In this document: positions 37,271 through 47,162 of the stretch, one piece after another | How the letters are laid out: every line of letters begins with the position of its first letter | Numbering within the stretch: the first letter of the stretch is position 1 | IMG/VR virus record: IMGVR_UViG_3300031957_002677 | Location: 25,836-89,835 of that record | Length of the DNA: 64,000 nt | Direction: 5' to 3' (one strand) | From: a virus | Program-made: the position numbers and the translations under genes | The notes under the pieces: model-generated | What the model was told of the DNA's origin: nothing | The model's input: only the letters and a program-made list of their open reading frames with translations | The model's database searches: none

Positions 37271-37476
37271 GCTGCTACATTTGGTTTGGTATAGAAGATC
37301 ATTTCCTCATCAACTTTATCACGAACAACTTTGAAGACGTTCATGAACTCATCATAAGTATCACACTTGACAACTTTCTCATTGCCTTGAGTTGAGAACA
37401 ACGTGAACTGCCTCTTGCTCATATTGATGAGGACTGAATTAACGTACTCTTCCATGGTGTTCCCTGGTTTACCCAC
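37267..37476 (-). CDS. conserved cyanophage small hypothetical protein
   Basis: KRQFTLFSTQGNEKVVKCDTYDEFMNV. Confidence 0.7.
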   Translation of the reverse strand: MGKPGNTMEEYVNSVLINMSKRQFTLFSTQGNEKVVKCDTYDEFMNVFKVVRDKVDEEMIFYTKPNVAA

Positions 37477-37503
37477 GTATTATAGCAGGATCAGAGACCC
37501 GTG

Positions 37504-38118
37504 TCAACCCTCTTCGTCTTGCTCGATTACCAGTGGATCGATGTCCTTACGTTCTCCATAAATGTGATAGAAGCAATCGATTGGCATACCACCCTGTGCT
37601 TGAAGATATACTTTTTCAGCATCAAGTCTCTTTACAATAACATTCTGATGAGCACCAATAGGTGTCAGTGAAACAGTCATTGTCCTAACATCTACAAGAT
37701 CTTTCCAATATGCAGGAAGATTAATTTCTTTCTGATTAGTTACTCTTCCACGAACATATACTGCATGTTCTGGTCCTTCAAGACATCCGTGCCATAACCG
37801 AACACCTTCTTTATCTGGTGATGGGTGTGGAATATTAAATGCTTTCGAGTTTGCACTGAACGATCCTGCAGAAACCAAACCAGAAAATGCTGCGGTTGTT
37901 CCTGTTAAAGGACCAGCAAGAGTTAGTGATGTAGTGACTGTAAAGTTATCAATCTTTGCAGTGGAATAATATCTATTTGGACAAGCCTCTGTTGGATAAT
38001 CCTCTTCTGCAAGTAGAAACTGTTTAGTAATGTACTGATCAAGAGCAGATGGAACTCCATATGCTGCTCTATCTGCACAATCGGGACCATCAGGTCTGCT
38101 TCCTGGTGTAAATGTCAT
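37504..38118 (-). CDS. virion structural protein with F.IPHP...LEGPE domain
   Basis: KAFNIPHP, RLWHGCLEGPE, VYVRG, LPAYW; downstream of gp5. Confidence 0.7.
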   Translation of the reverse strand: MTFTPGSRPDGPDCADRAAYGVPSALDQYITKQFLLAEEDYPTEACPNRYYSTAKIDNFTVTTSLTLAGPLTGTTAAFSGLVSAGSFSANSKAFNIPHPSPDKEGVRLWHGCLEGPEHAVYVRGRVTNQKEINLPAYWKDLVDVRTMTVSLTPIGAHQNVIVKRLDAEKVYLQAQGGMPIDCFYHIYGERKDIDPLVIEQDEEG

Positions 38119-38951
38119 TATTTTTCCTCAATGTTGTTTAGATTTTCTTTAACCATGTCTTTAATCAATCCTTCAACATAGTTATGTTCAAAGTTGAAGG
38201 AGTACCCTTCATTTCCTCCAGGATAATCTTCATGTGATTCACCCTCATATTCTACAATAAGATCATCATCTAGTCTACGGGCAACAATGTGGTAATCACC
38301 ACCAATAGGTCCACCAAGATTATTTCTTACGATAACTTGTTTTCCCCATCTAATCTCTTGAACAAATAGTTCTTGCCAAGTTCCAAATGGTGTTAGATTA
38401 ATGGACATATCTTCTTTATTGACGAGACCATCCCAAAAAGATGGAAGTTCAATAACACCATTTGGTGGAATCTTTCCTCTACAATATACAGCAATCTCTG
38501 GACCTTCTATACAGACATGTCTCAATCTCCACCCATCCTTATTTGGATGGGGCATGTCAAATGGGAGATCTTTTTTAAGTGCAAGAACATGTCTTCCACA
38601 ACTACCTATAACCATGCCTTGTGCTAAAACATTAGCACCTACGACTGCATTGGTAGCAACATTAAGATCACCCAGAATACCAACACTACCCAAGACTGCT
38701 AATGAGAATGGATTTGCGGGTGGTCCATAGCAGAACCCACCAGGAATGAATGGTGGTGGTGAGTCTGGATTGATTAGAGGTCCAATATTAACTGCACCAA
38801 AACAAAGAGGGAATGGTGTACCAACATTCATTGGTCCTTCAATATACGCAGCACCACGTACTTTTGCAGGACCAACTCCAAAAAATGGAACGACACCTAA
38901 ACCAATATTGAGTTGGTGTTGAATAGTTAAATCATCGAATGACCATGCCAT
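38118..38951 (-). CDS. virion structural protein with F.MPHP...IEGPE domain
   Basis: FDMPHP, RLRHVCIEGPE, LPSFW; paralogous domain to 37504..38118. Confidence 0.7.
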   Translation of the reverse strand: MAWSFDDLTIQHQLNIGLGVVPFFGVGPAKVRGAAYIEGPMNVGTPFPLCFGAVNIGPLINPDSPPPFIPGGFCYGPPANPFSLAVLGSVGILGDLNVATNAVVGANVLAQGMVIGSCGRHVLALKKDLPFDMPHPNKDGWRLRHVCIEGPEIAVYCRGKIPPNGVIELPSFWDGLVNKEDMSINLTPFGTWQELFVQEIRWGKQVIVRNNLGGPIGGDYHIVARRLDDDLIVEYEGESHEDYPGGNEGYSFNFEHNYVEGLIKDMVKENLNNIEEK

Positions 38952-38957
38952 AATTAT

Positions 38958-39548
38958 TTAAACGTAAGATGATAATGTTGTGAAATCTGTGACATTCAAG
39001 AGATCTGTTTTACCGACTAGTTTGGAAGATGCACATGATAATCCTTTGATAAAGTTTGATACAATTTTCATTTCGGTATTTGCCACAATCTTTCCTACAT
39101 GAGGTGTAAAAAGTCTATATCCAACTTCTGCTTTTAGATCAAATGATCCATCGGCTTTAAGTTTGATATCTTGGTTTGCTTCTATTTTGACATGACCACG
39201 GCCTGTAGTTTCACCATTTGCTAGAATGTCAATATCTCTAGCAACCAGTCTAATACGACCATTGTCTGCTGTCAAGTTTATATCACCATTAAGACAATGA
39301 ATATCAATTCCAGGTTCTCTACCATTTACAGTATCACCACATTTTATCTGAAATACACCAGGATTTCTTAGAGAAGTCCATCCTGCTCTATTTCCATCAT
39401 TATCCATATGCAGATAATGTAATGGGTGGAAAGCTTCAAATCCACATCCAGTAATTACACCGTCAGCACACTGAGTTCCAAGCAACATATCACCCTGAGG
39501 ATTAGTTTTTCTTACCTGGAAATGTTTTAACTGCTTTGTCTCTGACAT
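38958..39548 (-). CDS. gp5 C-terminal-like central spike protein
   Basis: Beta-helix-like repeats NGDINLTADNGRIRLVARDIDILA; next to gp5. Confidence 0.6.
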   Translation of the reverse strand: MSETKQLKHFQVRKTNPQGDMLLGTQCADGVITGCGFEAFHPLHYLHMDNDGNRAGWTSLRNPGVFQIKCGDTVNGREPGIDIHCLNGDINLTADNGRIRLVARDIDILANGETTGRGHVKIEANQDIKLKADGSFDLKAEVGYRLFTPHVGKIVANTEMKIVSNFIKGLSCASSKLVGKTDLLNVTDFTTLSSYV

Positions 39549-39567
39549 ACTGTGTTTTTATTTGTAT

Positions 39568-42378
39568 TTAGTACCCTGATCCACCACTTCCACCACTACT
39601 GTATCCAGAACTTCCTCCACTAGATGGTGGTGGTGTTGGTGTTGATATGATTGTAGGAGTTTGTGTCGGTGTTGATTGTTCCACTACAACACTTTCATCA
39701 GAAGAAACTTCTGTTTCATCAACTGGAACAGTTGGTTCTGCAATATAAACCTTTGAAGTTTGATTTGAATATGGATCTCTCAAACTTTCTTCTGGTGTAT
39801 CGTAAATATATGCATGTTTCGTTGGAGTGTGAAATCTTCCAACCATTTTTCTTCCTTCATGTTTATGGTATGGTCCATAGTATGGTTGACCATTTACATA
39901 ACCTATAATTAATCTACCAATACAATCATCGACGGAAATAATTCTGTCTCCAGAAAGAATTCTCGCATTTGCGTCAGGATCTTCATCTTCAGTCCTAACT
40001 TTAAATATCGGTAAGATTTTAGCATTAATTCCAGTCACTGATTTAATGTAAATTTCTGGATAAGAACTATATGTTGACCCAGGATCTTGAATTGTAACAT
40101 CAGTCAATTGACCAATATCATTAAATGTTGGAATCAATCGAAGACCTGTATCACCTTCAACTACAATGACATCACCTTGTTGATAATTATATCCAGGATT
40201 GTAAATATACACTCCATCTAATATAATATCTGCTTTTTCTCCACCACTATTAGGTCTATTATCACGTGGTTCTTTTATAAGTCTCCATTCTTCACCATCC
40301 CAAATTGCTCTATCACCAGTTCTAACATCCTCACCAACAAATCCTTCCCAGTTACCAGTACCATTTGTAATATTAGTATATGGGGAATTGATTTCAGGAT
40401 CTACAGGTGCAGTTCTAGTGAAATCTGCAGGACCTTGTTCATCTTCAAATGTATTTGGGGGAGTTGGAACTGTAATTGTCCCACCATTACACATTGGAAG
40501 TGGAGTTGTTGGTCCTTGACCAGTAAGAACTTGAATTACATTTCCACTTGGATCAAATACTTGAGCTTCTGTATCTACTGGCATAGCAATAGTAGGACAA
40601 TTATCATATCCGTCTTCTTTATAAGGTATCTCAACTACATCATTGGGTTTTTTAACTTCCCATTTACCATTTTCATCTCTAATAATTGATTCTTCTGGTT
40701 TACTGATATTTGTAGAACCATCTGGTGTATCTAGATAACCAGAACCAGGTTGAACTACAACAGCACCAACAACTTGAATGTCATCTCCTTCTTTTAAACT
40801 TGTATCTGAATTTGTTCCATCACTAGTAATAAGTTCAATTTTATATCCACCACCATTTCCACAACCATCCGTAACACTAAGGGTTGGTGTGTATGAATAC
40901 CCACTACCGAAACTGGAGAAATCAACACCCATGATTTGTCCAGCAGACATTATCAGATTACCAGCAAGACCAGATCCACCTCCACCACTGAAGGAAAGAC
41001 CTGGAGGACCACAAGGTAGTTGATCAGTGTTACATCCTCCACCAGCACCTCCTCCTCCACCACCGAGAGCATTATCAACTCCCTGTGAGATATCTTTCAT
41101 AATATTTGCAATTCCATCAGACACATCTGCCGATAGACTAGAACCGTTCCAGAAACTCCACTGATCTTTATACTCACAATCTGGAGTAGCATCACATTTT
41201 AAGAAATTGAGAAGACCTTGAATAATTTCAAGAACAGAAAATGCTTGGTCTACAATAGCAGATCCCGAGTCAACTAATCCAGCAATACCACTTATCGCAC
41301 CATCAACAGCATCAGTGATCTCACCTAGAATATTTCCAATCATATCACCGACCATCTTTTCGGCAGCACATAATGGTGCCGTCACATAACTATCAACCAA
41401 CTGCTCAAACAAATCCTTTGCCATCTGAAAGAGTGTACCCATAATTTTTTGGAATACACAGGCAAGTGTGTCGGTCGTAGTCGAAGCACCAGCAGAAAAT
41501 GCTTGTCTCAAACTTGGTGGTAACAATTCTCCAACATCTTTAAGACCAGCATTGATTTTATTGAGGATAAATCCTCTCATCTTACCAACAATCATCTTAA
41601 AGAGACTTGCAACTGCACCAGCAACTTGATTTGTAATGTTCGATGCAGTTGCTAAGATGCTGTTAATTGTGTTCTGTGCTGTTGATTTGAACAGTTTTAG
41701 TTTTTGGATAGTGGCAAGAGCTCTTTGGATAAATCCTTGAATACCTTTTATTGGTCCAGAACCACCTTCACACTCAATATTTCTTTTTCTTGGTGATACC
41801 TCACTACCATCCACTGATTGTATAGGATCTGCGGAGGTTATTTCACTAGGATCTGCACTTTTTGATTCGATAGCAGGCAATGTATCACTTGCAGTGCCAG
41901 AAAGTATATCTTCTTCTTTTATCGGTTTTGGTCCAGTTAGACCATTCATACCAGTTCTACCAATATATCCTTCTGGTGGATCTCCACCAAAAAGTGAAGT
42001 ATCTGGATTATTGGGGAGAGAACCTAAAATAACTGGTTGTCTACCTTCAGCACCATCCCAAAACCATCCTGTAACCCAGGATCCTTGAGATAAGACGACA
42101 GTCTCAGAATAACAACCATGACCAGAACCTGCAGTTACAGGGACAATGACATCTGCCATATCCAGTTGTTGATCTGGGACAATTTTGACCTCAGAATCTC
42201 TACTGAATATTCTAACACGATATCGTTTTCCATGACCTTTTGCAGCACCTTTTGGGTGGTTTGGCGTAAGTTCATTATCAAGCCAGGTAGACTCATCAAC
42301 TACTTGACCAGTCCACCAATACATTACATTTTTTTCAACACCTGTCCTGTTATACTGACTTGTTATTCTTCTGGCCAT
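39568..42378 (-). CDS. gp5: baseplate hub subunit gp5-like
   Basis: N-terminal OB fold (WWTGQVVD, RYRVRI, WVTGWFWDG.E..QPVILG), helical middle, GSGY/PG.Y repeats. Confidence 0.75.
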   Translation of the reverse strand: MARRITSQYNRTGVEKNVMYWWTGQVVDESTWLDNELTPNHPKGAAKGHGKRYRVRIFSRDSEVKIVPDQQLDMADVIVPVTAGSGHGCYSETVVLSQGSWVTGWFWDGAEGRQPVILGSLPNNPDTSLFGGDPPEGYIGRTGMNGLTGPKPIKEEDILSGTASDTLPAIESKSADPSEITSADPIQSVDGSEVSPRKRNIECEGGSGPIKGIQGFIQRALATIQKLKLFKSTAQNTINSILATASNITNQVAGAVASLFKMIVGKMRGFILNKINAGLKDVGELLPPSLRQAFSAGASTTTDTLACVFQKIMGTLFQMAKDLFEQLVDSYVTAPLCAAEKMVGDMIGNILGEITDAVDGAISGIAGLVDSGSAIVDQAFSVLEIIQGLLNFLKCDATPDCEYKDQWSFWNGSSLSADVSDGIANIMKDISQGVDNALGGGGGGAGGGCNTDQLPCGPPGLSFSGGGGSGLAGNLIMSAGQIMGVDFSSFGSGYSYTPTLSVTDGCGNGGGYKIELITSDGTNSDTSLKEGDDIQVVGAVVVQPGSGYLDTPDGSTNISKPEESIIRDENGKWEVKKPNDVVEIPYKEDGYDNCPTIAMPVDTEAQVFDPSGNVIQVLTGQGPTTPLPMCNGGTITVPTPPNTFEDEQGPADFTRTAPVDPEINSPYTNITNGTGNWEGFVGEDVRTGDRAIWDGEEWRLIKEPRDNRPNSGGEKADIILDGVYIYNPGYNYQQGDVIVVEGDTGLRLIPTFNDIGQLTDVTIQDPGSTYSSYPEIYIKSVTGINAKILPIFKVRTEDEDPDANARILSGDRIISVDDCIGRLIIGYVNGQPYYGPYHKHEGRKMVGRFHTPTKHAYIYDTPEESLRDPYSNQTSKVYIAEPTVPVDETEVSSDESVVVEQSTPTQTPTIISTPTPPPSSGGSSGYSSGGSGGSGY

Positions 42379-42385
42379 TGCTTAT

Positions 42386-42613
42386 TCAGTCCTCATAAAC
42401 CAAACATTCGGGTTCTGAAGGATTTTGGTCGCAGAAAAGTTCTAGATATGTGGGATCATGATGATCTCCTGCTTCAATCTCTTTCTTATGGTGCTCTACA
42501 TACTCTTCCAACTCATGCAACTCACCTTCAATGTGACGACGTTGATTGGGAGAGATCATAGGATTATCAAGAATCTCTTTGTCCTTTTCAATATGTTGCT
42601 CGATACTGTCCAT
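42386..42613 (-). CDS. cp12: CP12 Calvin-cycle inhibitor (cyanophage type)
   Basis: C-terminal ELFCDQNPSEPECLVYED CP12 signature. Confidence 0.92.
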   Translation of the reverse strand: MDSIEQHIEKDKEILDNPMISPNQRRHIEGELHELEEYVEHHKKEIEAGDHHDPTYLELFCDQNPSEPECLVYED

Positions 42614-42614
42614 T

Positions 42615-43919
42615 TTACTCCTCTTCTACTATTGAGTCTCTGATCATATTTAGCTTAGTATAACAACCTTCTGGACATATTAAATGTGCCACGTCTGCTA
42701 CTAAGTATTTTCCAGATTTTTTCTTTGAAATTTTCTTTGAAGTTTGTTCGGCAGAAATTTCTGGAAAGTCGCAGTATATTACATCACCAGGAAAAATGCC
42801 AAAATCACCGTATAATTTAATATTTACAGTATACAACCTAGACTGATAATATCTTTTTATTGCTAATTGGGGAATCGTATCATGATCAAATGTAGGTTCT
42901 TGTGCAAATGGAAGTTGTGCATCTAAGTCTTCTCCAGGTGGGTGGACACCAGTATTACGAATTTGATTTATAACTCTACTAGATTTTGTTGGAAGTTGTA
43001 AGTGATCTCCAACTACTGGTTTTACATCCTTTAGATTATTGTCTCCCAAATAAAGTGAATCACTATTATGGTTATTTTGTGCATATGTATGATAATTTGG
43101 ATCTAGTGTCCTCATCTTATCGTTTTGCAATGCACCATATCTTAAACTATCAAGAACATTCATAGTGTTACTAAATTCGACATTTAATATTTTATTACTA
43201 TATCCTGGAGGAAGTCTTGGAGTTTCATTCAATATCATTCTCCTCTTAGGTTCCTGACTAAACATAACATCAATAGATCTAAAGTTTAGTCCATTATAAG
43301 TATCAAAAAGAAGATATCCTGCTGACGTTGGAAACTTTTCTGGTTGTGCTTTTGGGCATAATGTTGTAACAAAATCAAAAGGTCTTTCAGTACATCCTTT
43401 TATTGGCAGTTCTGTCACTGTTGAATCAACAAATACAGGTCGTTCAGTTATAGTAGAAAGAACTTCATTGGCAGTAGCACTTATTTTTTGATCAAATCTT
43501 TTAACGACAAAATTTTCCTCCAATTCATTCTTTATATAATCATTCAAACACATTTCAATCTTAAAGTTTTCTTTCATAGTGTTCGTCATTGACGTTTTCA
43601 CTTCTGATATTGTAAATACTCTTCCTTCAATAAATTCTAATTTTTGTTTTCTTTCATCTTCAATTACAAGTTCAACCTTTTCACCAGCAGTTAGATTAAA
43701 TGACTCTGTTTCTTCAATAGATTTAGTTTTCTTTTCTTCCTGTCTTATACCACTATCAAACATTTCAAATGTTGCACGAACAGAATGATCGTAGATGCTT
43801 TGAAATATTAGAACATGTGAAAAAGCACCCTCTCCAAGCAAACTAAGATCCTTTCCATAGTTTGAGTGAAGTTTAAACTTCGTTATATTATGTACTTCTA
43901 GTGCTTTGTTTGTTGTCAT
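42615..43919 (-). CDS. baseplate hub protein (gp27 / late-control-D-like)
   Basis: Lies between tape-measure-like genes and gp5; YLLFDTYNGLNFRSID, SGKYLVADVAH, LNMIRDS. Confidence 0.6.
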   Translation of the reverse strand: MTTNKALEVHNITKFKLHSNYGKDLSLLGEGAFSHVLIFQSIYDHSVRATFEMFDSGIRQEEKKTKSIEETESFNLTAGEKVELVIEDERKQKLEFIEGRVFTISEVKTSMTNTMKENFKIEMCLNDYIKNELEENFVVKRFDQKISATANEVLSTITERPVFVDSTVTELPIKGCTERPFDFVTTLCPKAQPEKFPTSAGYLLFDTYNGLNFRSIDVMFSQEPKRRMILNETPRLPPGYSNKILNVEFSNTMNVLDSLRYGALQNDKMRTLDPNYHTYAQNNHNSDSLYLGDNNLKDVKPVVGDHLQLPTKSSRVINQIRNTGVHPPGEDLDAQLPFAQEPTFDHDTIPQLAIKRYYQSRLYTVNIKLYGDFGIFPGDVIYCDFPEISAEQTSKKISKKKSGKYLVADVAHLICPEGCYTKLNMIRDSIVEEE

Positions 43920-46900
43920 TTACGAATAGAATTTACTTCCAGATGAACTTGCCATTTGTTGCTCATCACGATTACCAGTAGCAATTATATATGGTTGATT
44001 TAGTATAATTGTTTTACTACCTTCCTGTTCATAACTTGCTTGATCTCGTAAAGCAGTATCCCTATTTAGTTGCTCAGGTCTCATAATAGTAGAAGATGGA
44101 CCTACTGATGACAAGCTACTTCTTGCTCCAGCAAAAACATCAGTAAATCCAGAAGTTCCTCTTAGATCTGAAAAATCTATGCCTGCTAAAGGTGATTTTT
44201 CTAACTGCTTTGATGTATCCGTTGTTGTTATTTTTTCTTCTTTTCGTTTCGCATCTTGGGCATCCAAAGCAGCATTCTGTTCTTGTAAAGAAGCTGCTCT
44301 TTTTCCAGGAAGACCTGCACCTTTCTTAGTCCTTCCTTTTTCATTTATAATTTGATCGGATACCAACTTTGGATAATTTCTTTCAAGGTATGTTCTAATT
44401 TTTACTATACCTTTTATTTGTCCATTTTTGTCTTTAAATTCCTTAGCACCAGGATATAAGAATAACTTGTCATAAGGTGTTCCTCCAAACATTGTCCCTC
44501 TAACATAATTTCCAACTCCTGTCATATTATATGCTTCTCCACTACCTGCAGGAGTGGTATTGAGCCACTTTTCTAATCCAGATGCATTTGGAATGTTTCT
44601 ATTACCTGCTCCTGCAGGTGCCGTTGCTTCTGGACCTTCAGCATCACTATTTCCTCTTTTACTTTCTTCTTCCTTAAAGTTTTTAAAATGTTTCTTGATC
44701 ATGTCACGGGCAACACTACCTCCAGTACCCATTTTTGCACCTTCGGTAACATTCAATAAGTCCCATCTTGCTACAGATCCACCCCACATGCTTGGACCAT
44801 AGTTATCTGGACTTCCATCTCCATTCTTGTCTAGGTGGCCACTCAATCCTCTTGGATCTTTACCAGAACCTGCCTCAGCATGAGTCCAAACATTTTTATC
44901 AATATCACCTTCACTCCATCCCCATTTGATTGCAAGTCTTGCTGCTTCTGCAGTCATTGCATTTAATTGTTCATGAGTGACTGGGTATGATCCAAATCTA
45001 TCCCAATCCACACCTTCTCCACCCATAGCAGCAAGTGATAGTCCTATTGAATCATAGTTCTTTCCTTCAGTGTGTTTTCCAGTAACATCATAGTCCTTAT
45101 TTCTATGAATACTACCATCACCAGCAAAAATAGAATGGTATCCATAACTTGCACTAGTATCATTATAAGTTCCACCAGTCCAATGCAGATAAATTTGTGT
45201 GGACTTACCTCTTGTTTTACCTGGACTAAAGTTTGGATCACCAAATGGCACTTTGGTAATTGATCCATTTCCAGAAGGAATTGAACGTTTACCACCACCT
45301 GATGTTACAGTCGGTTTCGATCCACCACTCCTACTTTCGTCACCCTCAGAATCACTATTTCCTCTCCCATCATTATTTTGAGTTTTAACATAAGTTGTTG
45401 AACCTTCACCCATTTTATCTGATTCTGAGAAGAATGCTTTTCTTAAAACATCAAACTTTTTAAGTAGATTCATCTCTAAAGGATTTAATAGAGTAGCCCA
45501 ACCACCAAGTCTTATCTTACCAAGGTTTGAAAAAGGAACCCATGATAAATCAAGTTCTGGTCCATCTTGCTTTTGGATATTGGTAATACCTTTCAGCATC
45601 CACTCAGAAAATAATTTAGCACCATCTACAATTTTTAAAATATCTTTTTTCAGTCTATTACCAACCGCAGATGCACCACCACCACGTATTAGTTCATACA
45701 TCAGATCACCGACATATTCACCAGCAAGTGTTCCAATGAGTGTTCCTAAGAATGGAATTGGGATAAATGATCCAAGGAAACCACCAAGTGCAGAACCACC
45801 TACCTTGAACAATGCTCTATCAAGTTTACCATCTTCCATATAGGAAGCAATACCAACCATAAGTGGACCTATAATTGGTAATCTACCTAGAGGTCCAGAA
45901 CCAATTCTGGCAAATTTACTTGCAAGTCTTGCTCCTGTTCTATTCAAACCAAGTCTTGCACCACGACCCATAATTCTGGTCTGAAGACGACTTCCAGATC
46001 TTCCAAGTCCTCTTCTGAAAACACCACCCATTCTTCCAGATGCTGCTCTTCCTCCAGTACCTGATGAAAGACCAGGACCTGCAGGTTTAACTGTCGTCAT
46101 ACGACCCTTATTTTTTCTTATCAACCTTTCTACACTTGTCTTTGCTGATCGTGAAGCTTGAGTTGGAGTCTGACCAGATTTTATAGCATCATCATATGAA
46201 TTCTGAAATTGTCTAGCAGCATCATTGCCATACTTTCTCTCAAATAATTTTGCCTGCCGATTACGATTCATATACTCTGCAGTCTTATTATTTCCAGTAC
46301 CAAAACCTTTCTTTGATGTTGGTATTGGTTTTCCATTAGGTAATGTTTTAGGTTTTCCTCCAGGAGTCATACCTCCACCAGCAGAAATAGGAACACCTGA
46401 CATTGCCAAGATCATTGCAATGTTGATAAATTTATTAAAACTTCCTAAGAATTTGTTATATTCTTTTCCAGCATCCTCACCACCAACACCTTCAATCTCT
46501 TTTCCTATTGCATCAGTAATGTTATAAGCACCATCAACTAGAGATATAATTCCGTCTAGAACTTTTCCTCCTAGAGTTATAACAAATTCTGTAGCAGCAG
46601 CAAGACCTTTTACAATATTAAATACTGTCTCTCTATTCTCAAATAAAAATATTAATATCTTTCCAGCAATGATACTGAATATAAAGTTTTGGATGGCACC
46701 AATAATTCCACCACTGGGAAGAATTTTTGAAAGTGCTGGTCCACCAAGTCCAGCGCCAATTTTAGATTTACTTTCTAGTTTTGTCTCTTTAGACTGTCTT
46801 CGTTCTTTTTCAAATAATTTTTTCTTATTATTTACATCTTTCTTCTCTTCTTTTATTGACTTACCAAGTAACTTTCTAATCTCAAGAACTTCTTTATCAA

Positions 46901-47162
46901 TACGTTCGAGTGTTCCTGGACCAGACTTTGATGGTCCAGATACTGTTGTATTATTTCTTGCTGGAATAGTTGATGCTGGTATAAGTACAGACTTTGGTCT
47001 TATTACAACCCCACCACTTTTTCCCTGTTCTTGACCTTGGGTTGGACGTTTGATAAGTTGAGATTGTTTTTTATTTTTACCACCAAATGCTTTTTTTGCA
47101 GCACCTTTTGCTAGTTGACCACCAACTGCTCTTGTGATTGAACCTCCCAGTAGTCCAATCAT
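43920..47162 (-). CDS. tape-measure-like tail protein with N-acetylmuramoyl-L-alanine amidase domain
   Basis: Helical Gly/Ala-rich N-half; Amidase_2-like IYLHWTGG, YH, GKHT..N.DSIG, VWTHAE, RWD. Confidence 0.7.
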   Translation of the reverse strand: MIGLLGGSITRAVGGQLAKGAAKKAFGGKNKKQSQLIKRPTQGQEQGKSGGVVIRPKSVLIPASTIPARNNTTVSGPSKSGPGTLERIDKEVLEIRKLLGKSIKEEKKDVNNKKKLFEKERRQSKETKLESKSKIGAGLGGPALSKILPSGGIIGAIQNFIFSIIAGKILIFLFENRETVFNIVKGLAAATEFVITLGGKVLDGIISLVDGAYNITDAIGKEIEGVGGEDAGKEYNKFLGSFNKFINIAMILAMSGVPISAGGGMTPGGKPKTLPNGKPIPTSKKGFGTGNNKTAEYMNRNRQAKLFERKYGNDAARQFQNSYDDAIKSGQTPTQASRSAKTSVERLIRKNKGRMTTVKPAGPGLSSGTGGRAASGRMGGVFRRGLGRSGSRLQTRIMGRGARLGLNRTGARLASKFARIGSGPLGRLPIIGPLMVGIASYMEDGKLDRALFKVGGSALGGFLGSFIPIPFLGTLIGTLAGEYVGDLMYELIRGGGASAVGNRLKKDILKIVDGAKLFSEWMLKGITNIQKQDGPELDLSWVPFSNLGKIRLGGWATLLNPLEMNLLKKFDVLRKAFFSESDKMGEGSTTYVKTQNNDGRGNSDSEGDESRSGGSKPTVTSGGGKRSIPSGNGSITKVPFGDPNFSPGKTRGKSTQIYLHWTGGTYNDTSASYGYHSIFAGDGSIHRNKDYDVTGKHTEGKNYDSIGLSLAAMGGEGVDWDRFGSYPVTHEQLNAMTAEAARLAIKWGWSEGDIDKNVWTHAEAGSGKDPRGLSGHLDKNGDGSPDNYGPSMWGGSVARWDLLNVTEGAKMGTGGSVARDMIKKHFKNFKEEESKRGNSDAEGPEATAPAGAGNRNIPNASGLEKWLNTTPAGSGEAYNMTGVGNYVRGTMFGGTPYDKLFLYPGAKEFKDKNGQIKGIVKIRTYLERNYPKLVSDQIINEKGRTKKGAGLPGKRAASLQEQNAALDAQDAKRKEEKITTTDTSKQLEKSPLAGIDFSDLRGTSGFTDVFAGARSSLSSVGPSSTIMRPEQLNRDTALRDQASYEQEGSKTIILNQPYIIATGNRDEQQMASSSGSKFYS
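44121..44185. repeat. 65-bp direct repeat, copy 1 (copy 2 at 47498-47562)
   Basis: 62/65 identical; encodes GIDFSDLRGTS(G/A)F(T/S)DVFAGAR. Confidence 0.9.

Noticed and set aside
42386-42613. cp12 (and cpeT, thyX) as novel findings
   Set aside because: Well-known cyanophage auxiliary or core genes; listed as features only
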